Numbered from the stretch's first letter, positions 1 to 13,324 are shown. The stretch: DNA of 64,000 nt from Guillardia theta CCMP2712 (GCF_000315625.1 NW_005434513.1:50701-114700), one strand, 5' to 3'. A program made the numbers and translations. Notes: generated by a model not told the origin, from the sequence alone.

Positions 1-3000
1 ATTGTATGTTTTGGTGTTGGAATTCGATGGAAACAAGGTTCTTGGTTTGAAGTTAGACACTCTTGGTGAAACATCCAGCGCTAAGACGATAACATACTTG
101 GACAGCGGTGTAGTATTCATCGGCTCCTGCTTCGGAGATTCTCAATTGATCCGACTCCATCCAGACAAGGATGAAAATGACAGCAATATCGAAGTCCTTG
201 AATCTTTCACCAACCTTGGACCCATTCAGGATTTCTGCGTCGTCGACTTGGAGAGACAGGGTCAAGGACAGGTGGTGACATGCAGCGGAACACTGAAAGA
301 TGGCAGCCTGCGTGTTGTGAGGAATGGGATCGGAATCAATGAGCAGGCAGCCGTGGAACTACCTGGAATCAAAGGACTTTGGTCTCTGAGAGAATCGATT
401 GACGCTCAGTACGACAAGTACCTCATTCAGAGCTTCGTCAATGAGACTCGAGTGCTGGAAATCGCGGATGAAGAACTTTCAGAAACTGAAATCGACGGAT
501 TCGATCACAACGCCCAAACGATCTTCTGCAGCAATGTTCTTGGGGATTGCTTGCTGCAAATCACCGAAGTCAGCCTGAGACTTGTTAGCACCAAATCGAA
601 GCAGCTCCTGAAAGAGTGGTTTCCTCCAAATGGCGAGCGAATTACAGTGGCTGGTGGCAATGTACAGCAGGTTGTGCTTACGTCTGGGAAACGCACTTTG
701 ATCTACCTCGATGTTTCTAATGGTGATGTCACCGAGGTGAAACGAATCGAGATGGATCAGGAGATTGCTTGCTTGAATTTGAATCCTCTTGGGGAAAAAT
801 CTGATCACAACAAGAGCGATTTTGTGGCAGTTGGACATTGGAATCTTTCGTTGTCAATGCTCAGACTCCCTTCCATGGAAGTCGTCTGCACTGAAAGCAT
901 CGGAGGGGATGCCATCCCAAGATCACTCCTCCTAGTCACCTTGGAAGGTGTTGACTACTTGCTCTGTGCTCTAGGAGACGGTTATCTGTTCACCTTTGCG
1001 ATTGATGCTTCAACTGCTCAGATAGGAGAGCGAAAGAAAATCTCATTGGGAACTCACCCAATGATCCTCAGCAAGTTCATGTCGAGAGGAGCAACACACG
1101 TCTTCGCTGCATCTGATCGACCCACAGTGATCTACAGCAACAACAGGAAGCTTCTGTTCTCCAATGTGAACCTCAAGGAGGTCACCCAAATGGCCCCGTT
1201 CAACTCAGAAGGATTTCCAGACTCGCTTGCAATCGCTACAGAGACGAGTCTCCGTATCGGTGTGATTGATGACATTCAAAAGCTTCATATTCGAACTGTA
1301 TATCTAAGGGAACAACCAAGGTGAGGCGTCGTTATCCCAGATTGCGTTGTTGACAGTCCCACTTCCAGGCGGATTTGCCACCAAGAATCATCCAAAACGT
1401 TCTGTGTTGCTACTCTCAGTATCAGGATCAATCGGGACGGAGAAGAAGTTGAGGAGCAGTTCATCAAGCTCTTCGATGATCAGACTTTTGAGGTTTGAGT
1501 TGTGTGCGGATGAATCTGAAGCCTCCTCATTGTTCATCTTCAGATTCTTGACACGTACCAACTTCAAGAGTTCGAGAACACTTGTAGCGTCGAATGCGCA
1601 TCCTTTAGTGATGACCCAACTCTGTACTACATTGTTGGAACTGCGACTGCGGTACCACAGGTGGGACAGGCTCGAAGAATTGTAGGTTGCAGCCTGACGG
1701 GTGGTAGGAGTCGGAGCCCAAGGAAGGAAGGCTGTTGGTATTCGAAGTGATCGATAGGAAATTGCACCTGAAAGCCTCCAAGGAGATCAAGGGGGCTCCC
1801 TATCAGGCAAGAATGGAAGTTGGGCCGGAAGCCCGTGACGGCTATGACAGATTAAACCGTTCAACGGAAAATTGCTGGCTGGGATCAACTCAAAGATCGA
1901 GCTCTTTCGCCTGTCCGACTCCGACACGGGTCACATGTAAGACTTGGAAGTCATGGAGCTTTCGTGGGTCTGACAGGTTGGGTCAGGGAACTTGTATCGG
2001 AGTGCTGTCATCGCGGCCACATCCTTGTGCTCTACCTTCAAACGCGCGGGGATTTTATCGTTGCGGGCGATCTGATGCGCTCAATCTCACTGCTCACCTA
2101 CAAGCAAGTGGATGGTCAGATCGAGGAGATCGCGAGAGATTTCAATGCCAACTGGATGACTGCAGTGGACATCCTCGACGACGACACATTTCTGGGTACT
2201 TGATTCGATGCGGCCTCTCAATGATTTGACAGACTGCTCAGGGGCCGAAGGATACTTCAACTTGTTCACAGTCAGAAAGAACACAGATGCAACATCCGAC
2301 GAAGAACGCGCGAGGCTTGAAGTAGTCGGCGAGTATCACCTGGGGGACATGGTGAACCGGTATGCTCCACATCGCCCTCTCGAACCTCCAATGGCTGCCC
2401 TCCATCCTGTCTATCCTGTTGCGTGAATTATGACAGTGACATCGCAGCTTCCAAAGGGGATCACTTGTTCTTCGAAGCAGTGACACGCCGACAACAGACA
2501 CCATCATATTCGGCACAGGTCTCTTGCTCTGAGCGAAGAGATAGGGGAGGTGATGCCGAGTCGCAGTGAACGGGATGATCGGGGTCATTGCCGTGCTCTC
2601 CAAGGAGGAATACGAGTTCTTGCTCAAAGTAGGACGGGACAGCAAGTGTGACGTGCCTGACGATGGATGCGCAGGTGCAGGATGCGTTGAACTTCGTCAT
2701 CAAGGGAGTTGGGGGCCTTCGACATGAAGACTGGCGATCCTTTGAGAACGAGCGGACGCAGGTGAGAGGGTCAGACTAGTTCAGCATCGTGTGACTTTCA
2801 AGTTGGCAGGGAGCGCGGGCACCCAAGGGCTTCATAGATGGAGACTTGATCGAGTCCTTCCTGGACCTGAGAAGAGAAAAGATGGAGGAGGTTTGACTTG
2901 TTTCTCGGCTCCTTGAGACTCACACCCTTCAAGGTCTGCCACGCCATCGGCAGCATCACAGTGGAAGAGCTCTCAAGGAAGATCGAAGAGCTGCAGAGGC

Positions 3001-3008
3001 TACACTAG
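1..3008 (+). CDS. DDB1: DNA damage-binding protein 1 (DDB1), 5'-truncated by the window, multi-exon
   Basis: ORF 2..1324 has DDB1 hallmarks ([71 protein letters not shown]). Later exons give CPSF-A motifs [23 protein letters not shown] and [14 protein letters not shown]. Stop TAG at 3006-3008. Short introns, including a GC-AG donor near 1807. Confidence 0.97.
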
Positions 3009-3223
3009 CGCATGAGCAAGGGACAATAAACGCAAGCGACGACAAGTGTGCGGTCTATCTTCTCACATCGATACACTCATCAGGAAAGGACATGTTACAA
3101 CATTTTATTTAATCCCTTTAGCTAACAGGGTTTAATTCACTCGGGACATGTACGTCCGTCCAAGACTCTCCAGTCCTGCTTACGACTTGTCAGATTGCTC
3201 GACTTCCCTTGGCTTCCAAGACA

Positions 3224-4105
3224 AGCAGAGCAACAAGTCGATCAGGAGGCATGTCCGCACTGGCTTAGAACGGCAGCCTTGCACAGAATCATAGTCGATC
3301 ATTTGGGGAAAGAAGGTTTGCTCCTCACGCCGACAGCACCAACAGCATACACGCAGACAAGAAATTTCGTCACCTGTAGCGAAGGGAGCAAGGTCTTCGG
3401 GTCAAGGCCCTGCAGCAGGCAGTCAGGCAGGTTGCTGGGAGCAGGTGAGGAGGGAGGGGTGGAGGAGGGGAGATGGCTCAGACATCCAAGGAAGATAAGG
3501 CTCTCATAGAGTGCGACCCCGGCTAAAGGCTCTCACTCTAGAGGGGTCAACTGCGAATGTTGATGAGACGAAAAGTGTATCGATCTTCGCCATGACATGT
3601 GTGGAGCAGTAAGACGGGCGGGCGGTACTAACCATTCTCATGCGGCCAACAACCCGACAGGAAGCTTCATGATCGACTGCAAGAGACGATTCAGACAAAG
3701 ACACGGCGCGGGTGTGCATGTAGACTAGCAGAGCAACAAGTCGATCAGGAGGCATGTCCGCACTGGCTTAGAACGGCAGCCTTGCACAGAATCATAGTCG
3801 ATCATTTGGGGAAAGAAGGTTTGCTCCTCACGCCGACAGCACCAACAGCATACACGCAGACAAAAGGTCAAGCAAAAATCACCTCTATCTCAAGATTCCA
3901 AGCTTGCGACGGGAGCTCTTGACCTGAAGACGATACGGTCAGGGCCAGACTCAGGCGGGGTAGGAGGGAGGGGGAGGAGGGGAGATGGCTCAGACATCCA
4001 AGGAAGATAAGGCTCTCATAGAGTGCGACCCCGGCTAAAGGCTCTCACTCTAGAGGGGTCAACTGCGAATGTTGATGAGACGAAAAGTGTATCGATCTTC
4101 GCCAT
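3224..4105. repeat. Imperfect tandem duplication, ~505-bp period
   Basis: 3224-3360 recurs at 3727-3863 and 3461-3593 recurs at 3973-4105. The intervening segments are diverged. Confidence 0.85.
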
Positions 4106-5282
4106 CGTAGGGGAGGAACAGGGAGAAGGGGGGGAGAGGACGAGGAGGTAGTGTAACCCACCATCATCATGTTCGCTCTCGAGTTCCTGCGATCAACGAG
4201 GTCAGGCAAGTTCACGTGGGTTGACAAAGACAAGAGACAACAAGGTTGAGGTCAGGTGGTTGATCCTGATAACTTGTATCATCATCAACGCATCAGAGAG
4301 ATTCCCATCTTTTGTCATCGTCCCTCAACTCCCCACACGCATCAAACGCAGCTCAGCTCACCTCCAGCTGAGGCAGTCGACGCGGCAGCTGACAAGTTCC
4401 CAACCTGCAGGGCCACATCAGCACGGGGCCATTGTAGTCAATCGGGGAGGGGGTGGGGGAGGAGTTCCGATCAGATAGGGAGTTTGGCATTTCCACTGTC
4501 TATCAACACCAAATAATTTTCTGCCTGGGGCGACAACTTCGGTCATCAGGTCGGAGTGGGAAGGAGGACACAAGGAAAGAGGCAGCAAACCGACCTTGAG
4601 CTGGACCCGACGAGGAGCAGAAACTCGGTATCTGTTGCAGTATATTGTCAGGGCACAGCAACACAAGAGGAGGAGGAGAGGAGGGTGGGCACGTGCGTCA
4701 GAATAAATTTACACACATTGAACAATCAGCATTCGGATGTCAGTCCGCCCGTTCGCTTATTTCATCAAACGCAGAGAGTGGGGTGGAGTAGGTGAGTTCC
4801 AAAGCTCCCCTAACCTTGTGCTTGCACCATGTACCGAGGGCACATCTGGCTCACTAGGAAACAAGCATGTCAACTAGGAAGAGAGCTGCGCAACATGGGG
4901 GGAGGAAGGGCAAAGAACTCAGATAAATCAAAGGACGGTAACTTCAAGATAGATCAGAAGCAGAACTGGCAGAATCCTTTCTTTCTTCACCGCTCGTTGC
5001 CAACAACAACACAGGGAACATCAGCACCTTGCTCTCTGAAAACCCAACCAGACAGAAGACTCCACTGTGAAAACAACAAAATTGCCATCAGAGTAAGTGG
5101 GAGCAGGAGGTGAGGGAGAGGAGAAACAACTAGTGCGAGGCTCAGGCAAGTCTGGTGTAAAGTTGTAATCAACGCGCAATCATAGTTTTGAGGATAGGTT
5201 GTCCTCACAGCCTCACGGACACAAACACATAGGGCATCAAGACAAGACAGCAGGGAGAATGCGATTTCACTCCTCACCTCTT

Positions 5283-5576
5283 TCACTTCTGTCCTGGAAG
5301 CTTGTTCGGATCCATGGTGACATGTCGCGTTGGGTCGATGTTCATTGCGTACTCCCCGTCTCCCTTCCGCTCTCCTTGCACGATCTGATGTCTCAGCATC
5401 TCCTCTGCCTCGTCCACATCTTGCATCAGCTGCTTCAGCTTCTCTGGATCCGACACATTGCGGTTTTCAAGGAAGTATCTCCTCAGCTCCCTCCTTGACT
5501 CTGCGAGCATCAGCAGGTCGTTCCTGAAGACTAGCTCACGAGCTCGCATCAACCTGACAACAAGATCAGAAGACAT
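5283..5576 (-). CDS. LYR-motif protein, LYRM7/MZM1-like (mitochondrial complex III assembly chaperone)
   Basis: MSSDLVVRLMRARELVFRNDLLMLAESRRELRRYFLENRNVSDPEKL...EAEEMLRHQIVQG fits the Complex1_LYR/MZM1 pattern (RAR..F..D...L...R..F, NIVQG-like motif). Confidence 0.75.
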   Translation of the reverse strand: MSSDLVVRLMRARELVFRNDLLMLAESRRELRRYFLENRNVSDPEKLKQLMQDVDEAEEMLRHQIVQGERKGDGEYAMNIDPTRHVTMDPNKLPGQK

Positions 5577-6214
5577 GCAAGACGCACCATCCCCTCCTCT
5601 CCTCCCTGTTTTCACACCTCTCCCCCGCAACTCGCCTCCTCGCTCCTCGCTCCTCGCTCCTCTCTCCCTCCTCCTCCTCTCTCCTCTCTCCGCCTCCCTC
5701 CCTCACCTCCTGTACGCGGCTCGTGCAGCCATGGAGTCGATGCAGGGGAGGGAAGCTTCTCTTCTTTATTGCAAATCTGAGCCAGGTGGGTAGGAGGGGG
5801 GGTAGGGAATATTTCATCTGTATGGTAGGTAGGGTATATATCGTTAGTAGGGGTGGGTGATCTCCTCTAGAACACCTCGCATTCTACTCTAAAATGTAGG
5901 GTGGGGTGATACAAAAGTGGGGGTATATTGTGACAGTACCGGTACATTACCAGCATCCTGGACGTCCGATTGGAAAGGGAGGTGGGGTAGGTCAGGTATC
6001 TGCACGTGCAAGGCACGAGGCTAAAATTAGTCAACCGCGACTGAAAGCCGCTCAGCTGGCCGACCGTAACTGGGTAGGCCGGGCCAGAGGCCGGGCCCGG
6101 GCCGGCTACCGTGCCCGGGGCCCGGTACGACTCTCAGAGATTGCACTCAGACTCGGAGCTGCGGGGCAGGAGAACTAACCGGCGTGTCGCAATCTACCAC
6201 CTCTCTCTCTCTCT

Positions 6215-6300
6215 TGCTCCTTCGTATCTGCTCCCCAGCGACCTGAGGCGCCAGCAGCCGGCTGATCGCCGACCGTACCGGTCTTCCCCGGTACTAGGTG
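6215..6300 (-). repeat. Degenerate fragment of the HTH-gene repeat family
   Basis: CTTCGTATCTGCTCC...CAGCCGGCTGATCGCCGACC matches the reverse complement of about 15060-15175 and of 13685-13745. Confidence 0.65.
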
Positions 6301-6424
6301 TGGGGGACGAGGTGAAAACAGCGCTCCAAGGCCACTGAGATCATTGATGAAGAATCTGGAGAGCCGGGGCAACGGGGTTGTGGAGCTCATGTCATCACCC
6401 AAAGAGCTCAGCACAAGTAGGAGA

Positions 6425-6955
6425 TGTAAGTCATCGCTTCTTGTAAGTCATCGCTTCTTGTAAGTCATCGCTTCTTGTAAGTCATCGCTTCTTGTAAGTC
6501 ATCGCTTCTTGTAAGTCATCGCTTCTTGTAAGTCATCGCTTCTTGTAAGTCATCGCTTCTTGTAAGTCATCGCTTCTTGTAAGTCATCGCTTCTTGTAAG
6601 TCATCGCTTCTTGTAAGTCATCGCTTCTTGTAAGTCATCGCTTCTTGTAAGTCATCGCTTCTTGTAAGTCATCGCTTCTTGTAAGTCATCGCTTCTTGTA
6701 AGTCATCGCTTCTTGTAAGTCATCGCTTCTTGTAAGTCATCGCTTCTTGTAAGTCATCGCTTCTTGTAAGTCATCGCTTCTTGTAAGTCATCGCTTCTTG
6801 TAAGTCATCGCTTCTTGTAAGTCATCGCTTCTTGTAAGTCATCGCTTCTTGTAAGTCATCGCTTCTTGTAAGTCATCGCTTCTTGTAAGTCATCGCTTCT
6901 TGTAAGTCATCGCTTCTTGTAAGTCATCGCTTCTTGTAAGTCATCGCTTCTTGTA
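6425..6955. repeat. 17-bp minisatellite (GTAAGTCATCGCTTCTT), about 31 perfect copies
   Basis: Directly visible perfect tandem array. Confidence 0.97.
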
Positions 6956-6972
6956 GGCAGGTGGTCAGCACC

Positions 6973-7497
6973 TGCTCGGTGAAAATACAGCACAGGCAGA
7001 ACATGTTGTCGATCTGGGGAGGCTGTGCTGGCGGTAGCGGCTTCCTCGGGTAGGTGACGTTCTCCTGGTCCGCATTCATGCCATTGAAGGTTTTTCATGT
7101 CCATGATCGGGATGCTTCATTGGTTCTATCTTGTTCCCCTCCAAACATCCTCCAAGACCTTCAGGCAGCAGACCAGGAACAAGATCAGGGACGCACAGAT
7201 CGCACCCGGACCGCCGCCGTCCCCTTGCATGTTCGCCGGCATATCCTGGTCATCCATGATCCGAGTCACATAGTCGTCATTCATGCGCACGGGCAGCAGG
7301 GGGGATCATTGCAGGTCGAGAAGTCGTTTCTCGACATGTATCGAATGCCCGCCCCTGAGAGCTCGGATCAGAACTCCACCCCCCCGTCCTAGGATACTGA
7401 TCCGCTGAACGAACCCGTCATTGAGGAGAATCGACATGTTGAAGATCCAGTTGTTCTCGCACCAATTGGACTCTTTCAACTGCACAATATCGTTCCC
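6973..7497 (-). CDS. Probable spliced hypothetical protein (partial model)
   Basis: Minus-strand exon-like segments (GNDIVQLKESNWCENNWIFNMSILL; MPANMQGDGGGPGAICASLILFLVCCLK; MNADQENVTYPRKPLPPAQPPQIDNMFCLCCIFTEQ) are separated by short GT..AG gaps. No family recognised. Confidence 0.35.
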
Positions 7498-7696
7498 GCT
7501 CCTCGACCGAGAGAGCTCGCGTCCAGCTGACTAAGTGCTGATCGTTCCCGCTCCTCGACCGAGAGAGCTCGCGTCCAGCTGACTAAGTGCTGATCGTTCC
7601 CGCTCCTCGACCGAGAGAGCTCGCGTCCAGCTGACTAAGTGCTGATCGTTCCCGCTCCTCGACCGAGAGAGCTCGCGTCCAGCTGACTAAGTGCTG
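7489..7696. repeat. 52-bp tandem repeat, 4 copies
   Basis: CGTTCCCGCTCCTCGACCGAGAGAGCTCGCGTCCAGCTGACTAAGTGCTGAT starts at 7491, 7543, 7595 and 7647. Confidence 0.95.
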
Positions 7697-7711
7697 CTGG
7701 AGACAAGCCCG

Positions 7712-9451
7712 TTACGAGTCAATGAGCTGCTGGAGATCAGCGAGCCTGTTGGTCTCGCCATAGACTTCTGCGTACACGTCGTCGATATCGACGTAAAGAC
7801 TTCTCCTCGCTGGATCCCTTGCCCCCGACGGATCCAAGAACAAGTCGTCCCAGTGGAACTCGAACCATCGACCTGTGTGGTAAGAGAGGAGAGGAGTAGA
7901 CAGGATCGCGCGCAAGCTCTCATTGTAGAATTGCTTCGGTTGTCGTCTGATGTGCTTGCTCTGCGCTATGAACATCGCACAGCACGACGCGAACGGGATC
8001 GAGGGTCCGCTCTTTGTTCGTCCGAACCTTCTTTCTATGCTTTCAAAGAGCCTCTTTGACTGCTGGAATACCTCTGGAGGCTCCTCCCACACCAGTCGCC
8101 GACCTCTCCTGTCCCACGGCTTCGATCGCTCCCTCAGCGAGATTACAGCTCGATAGATTTTATCAAGCACTGCTTGGCTCTTTGTGTCGTGTATCGACCT
8201 GTTCGTCTCCCTCTCGTAGTCGTTCACTGTATATGAGACAAAGCAGAGCGGCTCACGAAGCTCGTGGCAGTAGCAGCTGTTCAACGTCACCGGATTCTCA
8301 TCTATGAAGCCTACGAGCGACGAGTAGGCCGCAAGCTTCGCAATCTCCGGATACACAAGCGCGCCGCTCTCTCTGTCTCTCAGACGCGAGGCGACCAGGA
8401 GGTAGAACGCGCGAGATCGCTTGAAAACCGGCCTCAGCTGGCTGTGCCAGCTTGTATGTCCATGATCGTGTAGGAAGACGGTCATGGAGGGAAGCTTGTC
8501 GTAGTACTCCACCATGTACGCCAGGTACACTGCAGCCTCGTTGCCCTTGTTCGGCGCCAGAAGCTTCTCCTGCACTGTGATGCCACATGGGAAGCCAGCG
8601 ACCAGAGGAGACGAGAGCATCCCTGCTAGGTTCAAGCCCACGTCAGCTCGCCTGTAGAGCAGCACGAGGCTGTTGGTCAACCCCATCAGCCCGACGTCCT
8701 CCACCACCCTCATCGTCGGCGACGCGTCTCGCATGGCGACCACGACATGTACCTCTCCTTGCGGCAGCGCCTGACTGAGACATCGCGAGCTCGGTTCCTC
8801 TACCTGCATTCTCGATCTCAACGACTCGGTCTCCCCTACGTTCATCTCCCGCCATTCACACAGAGTTTCCCCTGGCGTGCAGATGCCGTGCGAGAAGAAG
8901 CTGTCCAGACAGTCACGATACCTGCTTCGCGCGTACTCGAGAGGCCTGCACATGGACCATGCTCCTGCCAGGTAGCAGTAGTTGCTCGTGACGTTCGCCG
9001 CCTTCGCCTGAGACGCAGACAGCAAGCGCGAGGACGGATCCAAGCACAAGAACTCTCCGTTGCTGCATATTCTCCACGATTCCTTGCCCGTCAGACAGTC
9101 TAGTCTCGGACTTGGGTCATTGAAGCCTTTGAGGCTAAACCCTGCTCAAGCATCAGCGTCGGGTCGTCGCTGCTCGGGCTCACCTGCTACTTGCGTGCAC
9201 CTGTACACTGAGCCGTCTAGGCTACATGCTCGACTTTGGCGCCGAGTTTTCATCTTGCTGTTCAAGCCATGAAGGCTGGCAGGCCGAGGGTGGGAGAGGT
9301 AAGTCAGCACCGCCGCCTGCAGCACCAGCATGCCTCCCCCTGCCCCTGTCAGCCAGCTCAGCCGCCACGAGGGCATTAGCGCTTTCCCGGACCTACGAGG
9401 CAAGTCCGCCCCATGATCATTCATAGACAGAAAAACAATTTCACAGGACAA
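7712..9451 (-). CDS. DUF3431-domain protein, probably with an N-terminal membrane anchor
   Basis: ORF 7712..9049 has NKGNEAAVYLAYMVEYYDKLPSMTVFLHDH..SWH, CCAMFI...IRRQPKQFY and GRWFEFHW, typical of DUF3431. Upstream ORF 9146..9451 supplies a hydrophobic segment and is probably exon 1. Confidence 0.75.
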
Positions 9452-9639
9452 AATCTCAACAAGCGGGACAGCGAGGAGGACGTACGCTTACATGGTGCTG
9501 TAGGTTCGTTCTCCTCCTCCTCCTCTTCCTCCTCCTCCTCTCCAACACTTGCGTCCTCTGGGTGTGCGGAGCAATTCTCTGTCAAGACACTACTCAGGCT
9601 CGTGCTCTCCGTCGCAAAGTGGCCTGATCGAGCCTGATC

Positions 9640-9770
9640 CATGTCTGCAGCAGACATGTCTGCTTGACAGCAGACATGAAGACATTCAGACATGTCTGCT
9701 GTCGAGCAGACATAAAGACATTCAGACATGTCTGCTGTCCAGCAGAAAGGATGACATTTGGACATGTCCC
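9640..9770. repeat. Degenerate ~39-bp repeats built on CAGACATGTCTG
   Basis: Recurring palindromic CAGACATGTCTG and GACATTCAGACATGTCTGCTGTC units. Confidence 0.7.
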
Positions 9771-9959
9771 CCTCCCCGCAAGGTCTGTGCGTTTTGTCGC
9801 GGCAAGGAGAGATCACAACTTGAGTGTTATGGGGCTAACCCTCTGTGTACATGTCTAGACATGTGCTGAAAGCAAATCACTCATAGCCAGCACTGAAGCA
9901 CTTACTCTTCAAACTTTGGCTTTAAGAAAACTAACAATCAATTTTTACTTAACTTAACA

Positions 9960-10050
9960 TTGAGGATAAAGGTGGTAGATGACGTCGCGTTTCTGGGCTT
10001 GACGAACAGCATCATCTACCTGTACCGTCCACACACCTACGAAAGGAGGA
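9960..10050 (+). pseudogene. Diverged inverted fragment of a DUF3431-gene paralog
   Basis: KVVDDVAFLGLTNSIIYLYR aligns by eye to RVVEDVGLMGLTNSLVLLYR of ORF 7712..9049. Confidence 0.6.
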
Positions 10051-10614
10051 TCAACAAGACTGTACGAGACCTCAAGAGACAAGACCTTACAACAAGTTTG
10101 ACTAGAGTCGCTGCTTCGACCTGTCTCGTAGGTTGGCGAACAGAGAGCGTCTCCCAAGCATTTCTCGCAGGTGCTAGATCGGTTTCAAGGCGTTCAGAAT
10201 AAGCACGGAGACCCGATGACCGGCAGGTTCGGGTTGCTGGTGAACTTAGATCACGACGCTTGATGCCTGGTCCCTAGCTCAACTCCTCTCCAGCAGGAAC
10301 ACGGAGAGGATGAGGGAGAGTCAAGAACAAGGACGAAACGCCGCGTCGGAAGGACGAGGATAACAGAACAAAGATGACGAGCATTGCGAGTACAACACTG
10401 TTGAAAGACGCGTCGACGAACATGAACCAAGAGAAAACTTGGTGGAGGACAACGAAGGAGGTCCAGATCCGCACAGCACGATGGAGGGGGAGGGGGGGGG
10501 GGGGGGGGCTCAAGAGAAGGAGGAGGCTGTCAGGATCAAAGGAGATTATTGACTCATACTCCTCGACATTGTTTTATTTCATAGAACAGCTGATTCCCTC
10601 TGCACACCGTTTCC

Positions 10615-11490
10615 GAGGAGAGAGAAGAAAAGAAGGGAAGAGAAGATAAGAGAAGAGAAGAGGAGAGGAGAGAAGAGGAAAAAGAGAAGAGAAGAAGAGG
10701 AGAGGAGAGGAGAGGAGAAGAGAGGAGAAGAGAAGAGGATATCAGATTCAGATCGGATCGGACGCTAACCCCACCTCACCTCACCTTGATGTGCCGTCAT
10801 TCATGTTACTTATCTGATCACCTCTCCTGTCCCTACCCTCCCCTCCTCTCCTTCTCCACTCCACTCCGCTCCCCTCTCCGCCCCGCTCCCCTTCGCTCCT
10901 TTCCCCTTCCCTTCTCTCCTCCCTTCTCTCCTCTCCTCCCATCTCCCCTTCCCTTCTCTCTTCTTTTGTCTTCTCCTCATCTCTCCTCATCTCTCCTCTC
11001 CCTTCTCTCCTCTCCCTACCCTTCCCTTCCCTTCCCTCCTCATCTCGCCTCTTCCCATTTCTCCTCGGAGTCCTCTCTTCTCTCCGCTCCCATCCGCTCC
11101 CATCCGCTCCCATCCGCTCCCCTCCCCTCCTCCCCTTCCCTCCTCCACTCTGCTCTGCTCTGCTCTGCTCTGCTCTACTCTACTCTGCTCTGCTCTGCTC
11201 TGCTCTGCTCTGCTCTGCTCTGCTCTGCTCTGCTCTGCTCTGCTCTGCTCTGCTCTGCTCTACTCTGCTCTCCCTTTCTCTCCTCTCTTCTCCCCTCCCC
11301 TGCTCTCCCTTTCTCTCCGCTCCGCTCCCCTCCTATCTCATCCCCTCCCTTTCTCTCCCTTCCGCTCCCCTCCCCTCCCTTCCGCTCCCCTCCCCTCCGC
11401 TCCCCTCCGCTCCCCTCCGCTCCGCTCCCCTCCGCTCCCCTCACTTTCTCTCCCTTCCGCTTCCCTCCACTCGCCTTCTCTCCTTCTCTC
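10615..11490. repeat. Polypurine/polypyrimidine microsatellite region: (GAGAG)n, (CTCTG)n, (CCGCTCCCCT)n
   Basis: Directly visible low-complexity tracts. The ORFs here translate to repetitive junk. Confidence 0.9.
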
Positions 11491-13324
11491 CCCGCGGGCT
11501 CGCTGTCGAAGTTCCGACTGCGCAGGCACATAACTGCTGGCGTGAGGTTCACTACCCCACGGATGGTTCTGTTAATGTTATCCTTCAGCAAATTCCGCCT
11601 GTGCATCAAGAGTAAGAAACCACTTACAGGTTGAACGGACTTCAGTGCAATAAGTAGTGTCACGCTTGACTTTGATGAAACGACCACACCTACTGACATT
11701 TTACATGAAAGAACCCAACCTGCTGGGTATGAGTGGTGCAGGCCAAACTCTTTTGTTCAATCGCGTCCTCNNNNNNNNNNNNNNNNNNNNNNNNNNNNNN
11801 NNNNNNNNNNNNNNNNNNNNNNNNNNNNNNNNNNNNNNNNNNNNNNNNNNNNNNNNNNNNNNNNNNNNNNTTGATTATTAATTGCACCAAACGAATAGGC
11901 CTCCGAGAACAAGGAGGGCTGAGGCCATGGAAATCAAAACAATGGCCCTCCTTTCACGTGAGGAGATACGGTATCGTCGAATGTTTCAACATCCCTGATC
12001 AGCACATGAGGGGTTCAATCCAAGCAATCTCTGTTTCAGGACGTTGTAATAAAAACCAACGTGGAGATCTCGGACCAACATCGCAGTGGTACACGAGACA
12101 GCAGGGAGCCAAGGATAGCCCCCTTACCTCAGGTACACAACACACACATCGTATCATCCACCATATGATGCAGTCAAGACGAGGTCGTCCTCTCTGACTT
12201 CTTGACAAGCGTCCAGCAAGATCGTCGGCGGCTCGAGTGCACAATCATCAGCAACCTCAACCAATGAAAGCGTGAAACAATCCTCACAAACAGTCGCCCA
12301 GTCTTATCCCCAACTCAATGATCACGCGTTCCTCCTTCGAGCTCTTCCATCGTCCTTCGTATCTGCTCCAGTGTGTCTTGTAGCCCCTCCGCCCCCGCCT
12401 CTACTTGCCTCCTCACCAGCCTCTCCGCGCTCCCCGGACTCAACAGCCGACTGATCGCCGACCGGCTCTTCCCATACAGACTCGACTGGTTCCCACTGAT
12501 GGACAGCCGCCAGATCTTGGACGGTCTCCCCGGAGGAGTATTAGAGACTGACGATGTCTGTCTTACTGCTTAGAGGTGAGGGGCTTCTTTGCCCGTGATG
12601 AGGNNNNNNNNNNNNNNNNNNNNNNNNNNNNNNNNNNNNNNNNNNNNNNNNNNNNNNNNNNNNNNNNNNNNNNNNNNNNNNNNNNNNNNNNNNNNNNNNN
12701 NNNNNNNNNNNNNNNNNNNNNNNNNNNNNNNNNNNNNNNNNNNNNNNNNNNNNNNNNNNNNNNNNNNNNNNNNNNNNNNNCCTACAGGAAGGAAGTCGGG
12801 GAGGGAGGGGGGCGGGAGGAGGGAGTCGGGAAGGAGGGCGGGGAGGGAGCCGAGGTCGGAGAGGGTGTCGGCGTCAGGGGGAGGGGGGAGGAGGTCGAGG
12901 GGGGAAAGGAAGGGTATGGGGAGGGAGAAGACGGAGGGGGACATTGGAAGGAGGAGGGGAGGGAGGATCGTTGGGAAGGAAGAGGGATTCGGATCCGTTA
13001 GGGAGGAGGAGGTTGAGGTAGGAGGCGAAGTTTTCTGAGGGACTGAGGGTAGACCAAGAGGAGGAGGTGATGGTAGGAGGTGATGGTGTGGAGGACGGAG
13101 CAGTTGATTATTATAGACAATGAATTTTTGTCCTCGATTCCCCCGGACTACTGACGTCATGTGTTCCTATACGTTTAACTTGCTGACACACCGTCTAAGC
13201 CCCCTACACCCTCTTCCTAGGGCCTAGTCGTCTCCTATGACCTACAGTCAAAGTAGTAAAAAACCCAACTCCTTGGCATTTGTAATAACCTAAAATAAAG
13301 GTGACAAGCAAGATTCATTGATGG

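Noticed and set aside
10781-11699. Long Pro/Ser- or Arg/Glu-rich ORFs (also at 20.2-23.5 kb)
   Set aside because: These are translations of microsatellite tracts with no domain signal.
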